This document shows positions 11,767-23,250 of a stretch of DNA of 64,000 nucleotides, in pieces. Under the pieces are notes generated by a model. It was not told the origin of the DNA and did no database searches. It saw nothing but the letters and a program-made list of their open reading frames with translations. The number at the start of each line of letters is the position of its first letter. Positions within the stretch are counted from its first letter, which is position 1. Origin of the DNA: Podarcis filfolensis (taxonomy: Eukaryota); NCBI GenBank assembly GCA_964270895.1, contig OZ185435.1; one strand, given 5' to 3'. The position numbers were made by a program, and so were the translations under genes.

Positions 11767-12058
11767 GTACTGTGTGCCACAGATTTCTCAAACTGTGTCA
11801 GCTTCCTACAATAATTATTTTTTACCAAAACAAAAATGTCAAAATGACATTTATAAACCAGCTAATGGGTTGTAAAATTTACATAACAATCATGGCAAAG
11901 TGCCTGTTTGAGGAATGCTACTTAATCCCATGATGTAGATTATGTTTAGGATTGAGATGCTGTTCCTCAAACTGTGCATCTCTATAATGACTACTCAGAA
12001 GAAAGCCCCCACTGAGTTTAATGCACTTTACTTCCAGTTAATGGTTATAGAATCAATG

Positions 12059-12110
12059 ACATATGCGCACACACACATATATATGCATGTGTGTGTGTGT
12101 GTGTGTGTGT
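12059..12110. repeat. Alternating purine-pyrimidine compound microsatellite
   Basis: (CA)n(TA)n(TG)n run, 52 bp of unbroken R/Y alternation. Confidence 0.9.
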
Positions 12111-12310
12111 TTTCAGTTAAAAACTATGGCTTACTGTTTTTAATTAAATACAATAACACAGTAAAATCATCATTGCAGTATTAAAAGTAGTATAAAAACA
12201 GGCAGCTAGGAAATATCAGCATGGCCAGGACTGATTGCCCTCAAGTGCTCTGGAAGACTCTGAATCCTCCAGATTTATATTCTTTTGCCTCTTTTGTGCT
12301 GCTGTTTCAG

Positions 12311-12494
12311 ATTTTTTTCAACCATGAGCCGGTCAATGGAGATTTCACCAAATATGGTATTTCTGTCACCAGTACTGGAACTGTCATGAGTGTCGAAATC
12401 CCTGCACTCCAAGCTTTTATATCTTTCAACGGGCTCACTTTCTCAATAAAACTCCCCTTTGACCTATTTCAGCATAACACAGAGGGGCAATGTG
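12311..12494 (+). CDS. MUC5B: Mucin exon: VWD4 second half
   Basis: TCAG| ... G|GTAAG, 184 nt. Encodes IFFNHEPV...FNGLTFSIKLPFDLFQHNTEGQCG. Confidence 0.95.
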
Positions 12495-12630
12495 GTAAGT
12501 AAAGGGATCAAAACATCCCCAACCATTCAAATCCTTTTTCACAATGTTATTCCTTCAAAACAAATTTCTTTGCATAGGAAGATGTGGAGCATTAGAAAAG
12601 CAATAAAGAAAAATTAACCATTGGGGGGAG

Positions 12631-12940
12631 GGGCCACAGCTCCATGGCCGAACACATGTGTGTGGTGTTAGACCATCCCAGGTCCAGTTCCTGGTATCTA
12701 CATCTGAAAGTTCTTGGGATGAAGAAAGAACTGCTGCCCATCAGAGTAGACCTAATTGGGCTTAGTGGACCTATGGTTTGACCAGGCTTCCTCAACCTTG
12801 GCCCTCCAGATGTTTTTGGCCTACAACTCCCATGATCCCTAGCTAGCAGGACCAGTGGTCAGGGGTGATGGGAATTGTAGTCTCAAAACATCTGGAGAGC
12901 TGAGGTTGAGGAAGCCTAGGTTTGACTAATATATCCATAC
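12631..12940 (+). mobile_element. Degenerate copy of the same SINE, split by a hAT MITE
   Basis: GGGCCACAGCTCC...TCCCAGGTCCAGTTCCTGG head, then CTGCTGCCCATCAGAGTAGAC...TGGACCTATGGTTTGAC; the sequence resumes after the MITE. Confidence 0.45.
12783..12918. mobile_element. hAT hairpin MITE (136 bp)
   Basis: TIRs CAGGCTTCCTCAACCT / AGGTTGAGGAAGCCTA; perfect 8-bp TSD GGTTTGAC. Confidence 0.92.
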
Positions 12941-13103
12941 TGAAGAGTAGGAAACAGAATATGCATATAAGGTACACTTTATGATAGCAACAATGGCTTT
13001 TTCAATTAGGAAGTCCGCTTCGTTATTTCAATGTCATTCAGAGTGACACTAATGTATACTGCATATTCAGCACACTTATGATGTGACCCTTTCTCTCTCC
13101 TAG

Positions 13104-13335
13104 GGGTATGTTCAAATGACAAGACAGATGACTGCCGCCTCCCCAACGGCCATGAAGCTTCCTCTTGCTCAGAAATGGCCAGCTACTGGAAGACCTACGA
13201 TAAAAACAAGCCCCATTGCTATGGAGTACCAACAACATCACCTCCGACAACAACACCGCATGAGCCAAGAACGACAACACCAGCACCAACACCCTGCACC
13301 ACTCCATCTCCTCTGTGTGAGCTGATTGTGAGCGA
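13104..13335 (+). CDS. MUC5B: Mucin exon: VWD4 end, Pro/Thr linker, start of C8
   Basis: CTAG| ... GA|GTAAG, 232 nt. Encodes GVCSNDKTDDCRLPNG...SCSEMASYW...PCTTPSPLCELIVS. Confidence 0.93.
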
Positions 13336-13675
13336 GTAAGTTCAACACAGCCTTTACAAATGCTTCGGCTGTTAGATCCTGCAGAGCAAGCTATCGCTTT
13401 GACAACGTTATTTTTTAAAAAAACCCACTTCTGATGAACACATAGGAACATAAAATCATCACCAAGACATTGTGCACATGACCTCATCTGTCCAGCTTGT
13501 GGGCAGGACATAAGCCACTGGTTGACCACAGGACTAGAAAGATAAAGCTTTGGTCTGCTCCAGCAGAGCTTTTCACCTTATATTCTTATGTTTTTATCTA
13601 CTGCTAGGACATGAGGAATGTTTTCTAGGGATAGATAACACCCTTTTCCTTTATTGTTCTTATATTTCACAGATG

Positions 13676-13677
<2 letters not shown>

Positions 13678-13726
<49 letters not shown>

Positions 13727-13790
13727 TTATTTGTACCCCGCCCTCCCCAGCCGGAGCCAGGCTCAGGGTGGCTAACATCATAAAACTAAC
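13678..13790 (-). mobile_element. LINE (L2-like) 3' tail with (AAT)15 microsatellite
   Basis: The reverse strand reads GTTAGCCACCCTGAGCC...GGGGAGGGCGGGGTACAAATAAATTTATTATT..., a typical squamate LINE 3' end. (AAT)15 spans 13678-13722. Confidence 0.6.
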
Positions 13791-14093
13791 ACAGTACACA
13801 AAGAACATAAGATCCATCCAACAATAAGCATGGCATTGTTTTAGTATCTTCAAGGCATCTCGGCTACCTTATATACCATAAAGAGCTATAACATTGCAAC
13901 ACTGTAGGATTTTTAATTCCATAGTAATACAAAGCTGATCTTTCTAGAATTGATATCATTGTGAAATGTACTGTACATATTTGCTAAGAATATTATCCTT
14001 TCAGTCGCAGTTTCATACTGAAAATGGGGTGGCAAGGGGACATTGCAATATTTATGAGCCATAGTTCAACCATGTATTCTTTTGTATTTGAAG

Positions 14094-14272
14094 TGTCTTT
14101 GAAGAATGCCATAAGGTTCTGCCTCCCAGAATATACTATGAAGACTGCCTCCTTGAAGCCTGTCAGTCTTCCAATGATTCTGTGCCTTGCTACAATTTGG
14201 AGATATATGCTTCCCTCTGCATAGCTAAAGGGGTTTGTACTGACTGGAGGAACATGACGCTAGGAAAATGCC
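14094..14272 (+). CDS. MUC5B: Mucin exon: C8 domain
   Basis: GAAG| ... C|GTAAG, 179 nt. Encodes DVFEECHKVLPPRIYYEDCLLEAC...AKGVCTDWRNMTLGKC. Confidence 0.93.
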
Positions 14273-14995
14273 GTAAGTGGAAGACAACGTATTTTCGCTT
14301 ATCCTAAAGTGAGCAGCAATTTATCGTAGAGCAATAATAGCTGGGTGAACCAATCAATCAACCATTCAAAACGGTGTCAGCAGATGAATAGTAATCAATG
14401 CAAACTGAACAATAGCATGTTCTAACTGCAGTTGCATGTTTGTTTCCCTCAGTCTTTGTCTTTTTTTCACAAGAATTAAGATTTCAGCTTCTGCACTTCA
14501 TAGTGGATTGAATCCAGAAGGGAAGGGAAGTTGACTTTTGCTAATTGCTCCATCTCCCTGAAGCCCATTGCAACCTCTGAAACTACTCCAGAGGGTTGGA
14601 GGATCCTCCAGATCAACATGGGAGGTGGCACTGCAAGAGGATGGGGGAATTGGCAAACGTTGCCTCCTTCTCTTTCCACCAACAGGTTTTCTCCACTGGA
14701 TTAGAATCCATCTGTGGATGTCTGTATTGAATCCATGTTCTCAGCTATGGATATTTCCATTTGTCAGTCAGGATTGAGCATGCACTGGGGCTTACAACAG
14801 TCCTCTGGGTGTGGGTGTGCCTTGCCTTGGCAAACGCCACTCCTTCATTCAATCTGATGCCAACCATAGATGCTTTATGTGATTTTTTAAAAAGCTAATG
14901 GGAAAAACATAAGATGGCAACATGTAATACATAGTTCTGCCTCATGTTGGAGTCTTTCTGCTTTTTAATGACACATTTTATTCTCTTATATACAG

Positions 14996-15065
14996 CATAC
15001 CACTGCCCCAAAGACAAGGTGTACAATGCATGTGGCCCCATTCACCCTGTCACCTGTGATGATGG
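14996..15065 (+). CDS. MUC5B: Mucin exon: TIL first half
   Basis: ACAG| ... GG|GTATG, 70 nt. Encodes PYHCPKDKVYNACGPIHPVTCDD. Confidence 0.92.
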
Positions 15066-15960
15066 GTATGTATTAACTAAATAATTAGCTCTCTGAATGC
15101 TAATGGCTGCACTTTTGTATCTTTGAATAAGAGACAAATATGAAATACGTATATGACTTGCTAGAAAATGGTGAATGTATAAAGGTCATATCAAGATCTT
15201 TATATGAAGATCTTTAATTAGTTAGTATCATCCCAAGTATGGCAGCAGCGGATAGTTGATGTGTTAATTATTAGGGGAATGTTGCATTAATTAATAGGAT
15301 TTGTTTAAAAAAATGCATTATCTATTTATATGGTCATTAATTCCATGTCAATTCCTCCCCAAATAATTATGATTGCCAGCTTCAGGTTTTTAACCCTGGT
15401 TAAACTGCATTCTTTGCTGGTAGATACTTTAAACCTGCCAGAGCCTGAGCAGTTCCCACCACAGAAGTCCCTGCCTTGGTCTTTCAACTCTACTCATTTT
15501 ACAAGGATGTTTTCAAGATCCAGTCAGTCCTCCAGGGCACCATAAACCTTTTCAGGTTCTCCAGGCCCTATCCCTATGGCTAATCCAGGGCATGGTAATT
15601 CTAATGTTTGGTGCTAAACACGTCTACCCTGGAATCACATACTTGCTTGTACTCTGCACAAATTAATGAGGCAAGAGTACAAATACTGTATAGGCCACAT
15701 AAATGGATTAGCATGCTTACCTGATACCATAAATCATGGTAATGTTGAATAGTTATTCTAGCTTTAATTCTCTCTATTCAGCTTGGTTACCTTAAGTCAA
15801 GGGTGTTAAAAGGTGGGGTCCGTCCCAAATTAAGTAAAGCAGAGCAGGTGAAAAGAGTTTAAAGCCAGGATAACTATTCCGCATTACCTTGTTCTTAGCT
15901 CAAAAAAGGGATTCTGTTTCAACCCTGATCCCATGCATAGTAAAATTGGATAGCATTGTA

Positions 15961-16173
15961 CAGTGGTACCTCGGGTTAAGTACTTAATTTGTTCCGGAGG
16001 TCCGTTCTTAACCTGAAACCGTTCTTAACCTGAAGCACCACTTTAGCTAATGGGGCCTCCTGCTGCTGCCGCGCCGCCGGAGCATGATTTCTGTTCTTAT
16101 CCTTAACCCGAGTTACTATTTCTGGGTTAGCGGAGTCTGTAACCTGAAGCGTATGTAACCCAAAGTACCACTG
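15961..16173. mobile_element. Tc1/mariner (Tigger-like) MITE, 213 bp
   Basis: TA|CAGTGGTACCTCGGGTTA ... TAACCCAAAGTACCACTG|TA; internal GTTCTTAACCTGAA repeats. Confidence 0.92.
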
Positions 16174-16357
16174 TAAATAGATTAAGAAAGATCCTTTCAA
16201 AGATTTCTTCCTTCTAGTGTAGTGTTTGCAGCTTGAGCACAGTGGCCTGGCAGACTAGCTTTCACTGGTTTAAATTGGGGGTGGAGAAGTGACAGCCCAT
16301 AGGCCAGATTCAGCCTACAGCACTTTTGACCTGAGTGGTTCAGTGTGCACTGTTAAT

Positions 16358-16443
16358 CTGCAACCATATGCACACTTACTTGAGAGTAAGTGCCATTGAC
16401 CTGAAAAACTTATTTCTGAGTAGACATGCAAATAATTGTGCTG
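16358..16443. mobile_element. ~86-bp short dispersed element (MITE-like)
   Basis: Aligns end to end with 62878-62963 (GAGTAAGT.CCATT...ACTTATTTCTG.GTAGACATGCA...ATTGTGCTG). Confidence 0.55.
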
Positions 16444-16695
16444 ACCGGATTCCCAACACACAATTCTTACTCTTAACATAAACTGTTGCAATTAACCTGT
16501 TGTCTCTTATTATGCCATCTATAGTGAATGGCTCCAGTATTTATTTACTTCTTAGGAAAGCGCCAATTTTCTTTTGCATTTAAATACTGTAATCCCTTAG
16601 AAAAATAGTGTTTTTACGAAGGTGAGCATTGAAGCTATTAAACTGTTTGATTACAGAACTGGAAATAATATTATCTGCTCTTCTTTTCCTTGCAG

Positions 16696-16796
16696 ACCAA
16701 CCAAAGATACAAGTGAGCATGTTGCTGAAGGATGCTTCTGCCCAGAGGACAAAATCCTCTTCAATACATACACGGATATCTGTGTCAAAACATGTG
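16696..16796 (+). CDS. MUC5B: Mucin exon: TIL second half
   Basis: GCAG| ... G|GTAAG, 101 nt. Encodes PTKDTSEHVAEGCFCPEDKILFNTYTDICVKTC. Confidence 0.93.
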
Positions 16797-17728
16797 GTAA
16801 GTTTCTCTATTCCTGATCGGCTAATTATGTCAATTTAAACCAAAAGCAGATGCATAATTAAAGGTATTGGAGTTCATCAGCAAATGATTGGCCCTTTACT
16901 GGCCAAATTACCAGGAAGGTCAACTCAATTCTATGTTAAACATTTGCTGGGAGATAAAATCCCACAAGTTTTAAAGACAGCAGTCAAATTTCTGTTGGTG
17001 GCTGTGACAATAAGAAGTCAGTTAACCACCTAAAGCTGGAAGGATTATTTCCAGGGCTTACCTGAAGCTATTTGCTATTTTGTATATTTGCTAGTTTTTA
17101 TTTTCTAAGCTGCTGTTACTATGCTACGCTTGTCCTGTATGGTTTATTTCTGGTCTGTTGCCCCTAATAAACAGCTTATGAAGATCATTAGAGGTGGTAT
17201 GTGGAAGGGCAATCCTCTACTTATCTGCTTAGAGGTGTGTGCATGTGTATAATTAGGGCCTAAATAACACAAGGATAACTTTAGCTTTTTCTAACATTTG
17301 CATGTCTTTCTGTAATTTCAAATTATGTCTGTAAACTCAAAATGAGCAGCTGACCTGCAAGGGGCATGACACAAGTGGTGAAGAATAGCAGGATGCTATG
17401 GCATCCTCAGCATCCATTTCCTTCTGTGGTTACACATAAATGCTCCGTTCCATGTGATGAAATTAAGTTTTACTACTATGTGGTTAATACAGTATTGTTA
17501 TGCCTGTATTTTTATTATACTGCATGGAGGTATGTTTTTAAAGAACAACCCAGGAAGAATCCTGTAAAAATTCAGCATGTGGTGAAATTCTCTGTATAAA
17601 CTGGTTACTTAGCTGGGAAAAGCTGCATAATAATGGCTACAGGAAACTTGTGTTAAAGTTAAGGCAGTTTACATGTTTATGGAATATAAGGGATCTGTAT
17701 GAATTCTTATGCCTTTATTTATTTCCAG

Positions 17729-17760
17729 GCTGCGTGGGACCAGACGGATTGCCCAAACCA
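17729..17760 (+). CDS. MUC5B: Mucin 32-nt micro-exon
   Basis: CCAG| ... CCA|GTGAG. Encodes GCVGPDGLPKP, compared with human CVGPDGFPK; a 32-nt exon is characteristic of these mucins. Confidence 0.92.
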
Positions 17761-18079
17761 GTGAGTATTTCACTTGGAAAGATTATGCCTAGACCATTGC
17801 CTATACACAGGCAACATAGAGAATCATCCAGAACTGACAAGGGACTAATAATTGGACCCACTATGACTGCAATACCCTGCACCCCTGCACATACATTCAC
17901 AAGGCGGCAAACTGTTATTATTAGTGCTAAACTTCTGCTTTACCAGACAAGGGCATCATTTTATATTGTAGTAGGAGTCGGAGATCATTTCAGATTTTAG
18001 GAGGGAGGGTAAAGTCATGTGGGGAGGGAGAGAATTCACAATATTTTATTTTATTTAGTTTCTTGCTATTGTTATACAC

Positions 18080-18081
<2 letters not shown>

Positions 18082-18120
<39 letters not shown>
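18082..18120. repeat. (TG)19 microsatellite
   Basis: Read directly from the sequence. Confidence 0.95.
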
Positions 18121-18121
<1 letters not shown>

Positions 18122-19028
18122 GGAGAATAACCAAAAGAAAGCAATAGAAGTCATTGAAACTTTTCTTTGTAGCTTTGTAGTTTTGTAGCTTTGTAGATTT
18201 GTAGTTTTGGTATGCATAACTGGCATGTACCAGTAGATCCAGATAATTATTATCAACATGCAGAAATAGTGAGCTGGTCAGAAACATAGAAGTGCTTCTG
18301 AAGGAGAAGCAGACATAGTCTGAAATACCAGCCTCTCCTGGGCTCTATAGCTGTCAGATGGATTGTACAGCACACTTTCCAGCCCCCTTTGGATTGAGAG
18401 GTACACCAGTTGTCCCCTGAAGCCTTTGAAACATCAGATTAGACACGCTAATATTAATGGGCCAAACTTAGTCATGTCCATCAATTTCAATGGGTCTATT
18501 CTGAGTAGGACTAACATCTAATGCAACACTTTGTGATCTCAAAGAAAGACTTTGCATGGAAGTGATGGAAATTAAAATAGCAGCTGGTAGAGGTTGTGGT
18601 CTCCATCGTAAGTACTTTGCTTGGGTTTCAGAAGAAGACCAACAAGACTTTCAGAGGACTCAGAAGGCCATGCCTAAGGCACATATAGAACCAATGCTAT
18701 ATATGTGCATCTCCCTGAAACAGCCTAGAAGGAAATTTAACCTGGTTCAGCATAACTTTCTGTATCTTATAATTTAAGGAAGTCTTTTTATAGCCATTTG
18801 TGGGGTGGTGGAAACAATCCTTAAGAAGCACCTTCAAGTTGTATTGTATGGCTCTGGTCCAAAGCTTATTGCACAGTTACCGTAAGTTTGATATTACAGG
18901 AAACTTAAGATCAACTAGGTGCCCCTTCTAAAGAAAGCTTAAGGTCTAATAATTGACAAGTAAGCAGATGATGATAGGTTTCATTGCTGCCATACAGTGT
19001 TAAATGATTTGCTTTCTTTTTCATATAG

Positions 19029-19206
19029 CCTGGCTCCTCATGGAAGAGCAACTGTCAAGAGTGTATTTGTGACCCATTGACTGAGAGCGTCCAGTGCAAG
19101 CCACAGACCTGTGTGTCATCGGAACCACCCAAATGTGAGAAAGAAGGGTTTGTGCCCGTCCCTGTGCTGACACCAAAAGACCCGTGCTGTCCAGAACTTC
19201 AATGCA
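19029..19206 (+). CDS. MUC5B: Mucin exon: VWC-like module
   Basis: ATAG| ... A|GTACG, 178 nt. Encodes PGSSWKSNCQECICD...DPCCPELQC. Confidence 0.93.
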
Positions 19207-19724
19207 GTACGTATTTGCATGTATTATTTATTGATGGCCAATGCCAATCAATCCAATTCGGCCCTCTGTTGATGAAACAATTTGTGCTATTATGGTTACT
19301 GTTGCTTTGGTTGAGGGGGAAACACAGACATCCAGACAGCATTACATGTTGGCAGGTAATATCAGTTGCACAATTCTATCCCAACTTAATTATCTCTATA
19401 GTAAATAACCACACAGAGGAATCTGTAAAAAATACAAAAAACAAACAAACCATTTTCTCTTGTCATATGGGGACTGACAGGCAGATAAAGAGTTAAATCT
19501 CTGGGTTTGGATGCTTTGCTCACCATATAGTCAAAAGAGCTTTACTACAATTAACCTGCAATTCTACATACATTAACTTGGCAGTATGTCCTTCAACCTT
19601 AGTAGGAATTTTTGACAGAAATCTGCTTAGGACTGGAGGACTTGTCAGAAACAGGAGATTTGCTAGTCTCCTTTCCCTCCTTTACAATATGATCTGAAGG
19701 CAAGCTAAGTCAATTCTGAAATGT

Positions 19725-19870
19725 ATTTATTTATTTAATGCATTTTTAGTCCACCTGTTAGCCAGAAAAAGGCTTGCAGCAAAACTTACAATGATCAGTA
19801 ATAAGACAGTCCCTGCCCCAGGTCTTGACATATAACAGACCTGGCATGAGAGGGAAAGGAAGCGGTGGGC
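19725..19870 (-). mobile_element. L2-like LINE 3' fragment
   Basis: TTTATTTATTTA tail, then AAGACAGTCCCTGCCCCAGG, resembling the amniote L2 3' motif AGACAxxGTCCCTGCCCTC. Confidence 0.5.
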
Positions 19871-20338
19871 GGGGGGGGGGGGGTAGGCATACTCAGACCT
19901 TGGATCTTACTGTTCTTTTTAGCCTGGAGGGGTGAAACAAGCTTATTGTGGATGGTGGATGGGTGGGGATTGGCTAGGTCTCCCACTTGCCACAATGGCC
20001 AGCTTGGGAGGCAAGGGGAGTAAACTGCTAGCAGCTTTTAATGCCCTGGAGTATGCTGTCCTTCAGCTCTACAATACTAGCGTGTGACGTGTTGGGCGGT
20101 GAGTGGGTATGTATGTGTCAAACCTCCTTCAGCTGTTTTTTCTCTGGCTGATGGAGGGAGCCATGCTGGTCTTCCTTGTGCATACCTACGCAACCCCAGT
20201 ACACTCTCACCCACCAGTCATGATACTGAATAGGATTATTGTCCTAGCACCACAGGAATATTTGCTGGTCTAAACATTTAAGGCTGGGGTGCTAGACTTG
20301 CTTCTTCAGCTCTGTTATGTTTTCTGATTATTCCACAG

Positions 20339-20443
20339 AATGCAATACTACTACCTGCTCCAACGAAAAGAAACCTTGTGAACTTGGATACGAGGCAACC
20401 CCAGTCCTGCTTGAAGGAGACTGCTGTGTCAGCTTTCCCTGTA
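20339..20443 (+). CDS. MUC5B: Mucin exon: VWC-like module
   Basis: ACAG| ... A|GTAAG, 105 nt. Encodes KCNTTTCSNEKKPCELGYE...EGDCCVSFPC. Confidence 0.93.
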
Positions 20444-20639
20444 GTAAGTGCTAGCATTCTGACATGTAGAGAGAGAAAGTAGATGAGAGAGATTAAAACA
20501 TCAAGTTAGGCTGAACCCAGACATAATTTACGTACAGTGGAAGCATTCCACACTCCCCTCCTTAAAACAAACAAACAAAAATGTTGCCATTAAAACATTT
20601 TAGAAACTGAAGACACATTCTGGAGTGCAGCGTCAAACA

Positions 20640-20958
20640 GTATGAACTACACTTCAAAGCCACCTTGGACTAGTGTCAGACTAAAAGCTGGAGAAACTCA
20701 TCTTCAAAATTCCACTAGGCCGCAAAGCTCATTGAGTAACTTCGGGCCAGTCACTGTGTACACAAAATACCTTTAAAGCACATTATTTCCTCCAAAAGAA
20801 TTCTGGCCACTGTAGTTTACCCCTCGCAGTTAAAATTCCTGGCAACCTTTAACAAACCACAGTGCCTAACATTCCCTGAGGGAAAGAACATGTTTCAAAT
20901 GTGCTTTACAGTTTTATCTCTCACCTGAATCCATTTCACAGGATTGTTGTGATGGTAA

Positions 20959-20996
<38 letters not shown>

Positions 20997-21055
20997 TGGG
21001 AGGGACTATATACATTGCCTTAAGCAATAAATAAATACACACGCAGCTGTGAAAC
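20640..21055 (+). mobile_element. MIR-like SINE interrupted by a ~160-bp MITE and a (GT)17 run
   Basis: GGGCCAGTCACTGT is followed by an insert (~20757-20917, ends TTTAAAGCACATT / AATGTGCTTTA), then CTCTCACC...CACAGGATTGTTGTG and an AATAAATAAA tail. (GT)17 spans 20961-20994. Confidence 0.5.
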
Positions 21056-21200
21056 AATAGCAACATCAAATTGATCCCCCACCCACTTAATTTAGGCAGG
21101 TGAAATGAAGAAAGCCTAGGGGGATGAGGATCCAGGAATGGACCTTATAAACATAATTTCCCCACCATATTTTAAAGTAATTGTCTGTTTCTGTTTTCAG

Positions 21201-21244
21201 TACCAATCCCAGATGTCTGTCTTGTCAATGGAACACTTTACAGG
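21201..21244 (+). CDS. MUC5B: Mucin 44-nt exon
   Basis: TCAG| ... AGG|GTAAG. Encodes IPIPDVCLVNGTLYR; phases fit both neighbouring exons. Confidence 0.9.
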
Positions 21245-21479
21245 GTAAGAATGCGAGTTTTATGTCTACATATACTATGTACACAGATTAAAATCCTTCT
21301 TTTCTATTGTTCCCTATTCAGTCGTAGGCAGAGACTGTAGCAACAGCAGTAGCAGCAGCCGGACTTTGAAATTAATTTCAAGGGGTACCTGTCAAGTCAA
21401 AGCAATGCTGTTTGAGCATGCTTTTTTTTATATACTGATTTTCAGACATATTTATTATACCTTTCAACTGTGCAGGTTC

Positions 21480-21840
21480 TCAAGAGTAGCTAAAAACAAC
21501 CAAAAAGGAACGTGAAATGGCAGAACCGCCAAACTATAAGAACAGATGTTAAAACCACATAATATAAAACACCATAAGGTTCTGGGGAGATAAAAGAAGG
21601 TTATTTTGGCTTCGTACCAAAAAGACATTGAAGTCAGTGCTAGGTGAGCTTTCCTGAGGAGGGTGTTCCAGAGGAGGAAAATGGCAATGGCACCCACCTG
21701 AGAGGAGCTAGAACGGAGTTCCGGCAAGTTCCAGCTGAAAAAAATCCTTGCCTGTCACCCTTACTGGCCATTGGGCATGCTGACTGGGGCTGGGGGAAGT
21801 TGGAGCCCAACACCTAGAGGGCCACGGCTTGCACCTCCCT
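21480..21840. mobile_element. Cluster of fragments: L2-like piece plus two half hAT MITEs
   Basis: L2-like ~21590-21670. 21675-21750 ends CCAGCTGAAAAAAATCCTTG (TIR-like). 21762-21840 ends GAGGGCCACGGCTTGCACCTCCCTG, the right half of the hairpin hAT family. Confidence 0.4.
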
Positions 21841-22149
21841 GCCTAAACCATGCAATGATTTGCATGTGCAAATCTTCACTGACTGCTGTGCTGTTGAGTT
21901 GGCTGCATCATCCCAAAAGCAGCCATTTTTCCAGTCAAACTTCTGCTTACAAAGTATGCAGCGCTCAGGGAGACTGATGTATCCAGTAGGCCTTCATCAC
22001 CAGCATAATGCCAGTGAGATGAACAATAACCGGTTTTATTTGGGGGTTTTGCCGTTTTTGGCCTGTGACATCTTGGAACCGCTCTCCAGAACACAGGCCT
22101 CAAAACGGGCTCAGTTCCAATTTTCCCCTCAAGAAACCCTTTCAACTTT

Positions 22150-22168
22150 TGGCCACTAGGGGGCCAAA
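22150..22168 (+). promoter_or_regulatory. Predicted CTCF-binding site
   Basis: TGGCCACTAGGGGGCCAAA matches the consensus TGGCCACCAGGGGGCGCTA at 15/19 positions, with an intact core CCACTAGGGGGC. Confidence 0.6.
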
Positions 22169-23013
22169 CAAATCAACTTACTGTACTGTTTTATTGGCTT
22201 TTTTATGATTATGACCGTTTAAAATGTTCCTTCGTAAGCCGCTTTGAGCACTCTAGTAGATTGGGGAAGGTGCAAAATAAAATGTAAACTTTAAAGTTAT
22301 GAATTTGAACTTGAGGCCATATTAGAATACTACAGAGGGTGGGGGAGGGGGACTTCCCAAGCAAGCATTTTTTGAGTAAAAGTGCAAATCATACTAAATT
22401 ATTTAAACCACCTACACTTAAGTGTCCAGACAGTGAAGTTTTTAAATGGCCATTTCAAATGGACACCTGCTTCATTAACTATGGAAAATGTTTGACAATG
22501 GGCAGATACTTCTGCCAGATGAAAAGCAATTCACTGAGGCAACTCAAGCCACTGTTTTCTGCCTTCTAATAATGGGTAGTTTTGGGATGCATTTAGACAG
22601 GAGCTTAATATTAGAAACGGGTTGTTGAGATATCGCAAATGGGTCATTGGCAACATTTTTTTAACCTAGCAGAGTTTCTCTGGAAAAAGTAAATCTGAAT
22701 TAAAGATGGGGGGAATACGGGTTGATATGTTGATGACAATGTCATGTGGATCCTGTGTACGGCTGCGCAATATATAAATATATCATCCAAAACTGGCTTG
22801 AAATCCATGTCATGATATTGTTTCATAATTTTTGACCTCGTAATATATCATGAATCATGATATGAGTGTGCTGCTTCACAATCATATTTTTCTTGGGTTG
22901 CATTGTGACTATATCAACATTTCCCACAGTAAACATCTCACATGTGAAAGTCAGAACCACATTACAAAATACTCAAGGATGCATGCCAAGGAATGGCCAC
23001 TGCAAGTTTAGGT

Positions 23014-23250
23014 TAGGGTTGCCAGATATCTAAAAGAACACCTGACCTGCTCTGGTGCAGCAGCTTGACTTTCAAAAATTAACAGCAGCTTGACTTTAGA
23101 AAATTAACAGCTGAAACTTTTCACAGCGTGGAAATTAGAGAGATAAGAAGGTATAATGTTCATTTCCATGCTGTGAAAAGTTTCAGCTGTTAATTTTCAC
23201 ATGGCTGTTAAACACAGCAGCTGAGATTGGTTAAGAAGCTGGCAACCATA
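23014..23250. mobile_element. hAT (Tip100-like) MITE with internal inverted repeat
   Basis: Ends TAGGGTTGCCAG / CTGGCAACCATA; 25-bp tandem duplication at 23058-23107; 37-bp stem at 23099-23198. No clean TSD. Confidence 0.6.

Noticed and set aside
13550-13853. Poly-Ile and poly-Leu ORFs
   Set aside because: They are translations of the (AAT)15 microsatellite.
21809-21825. Second CTCF-like string CACCTAGAGGGC
   Set aside because: It has core mismatches and is a decayed CATCTGGAGGGC motif of a hAT MITE arm.
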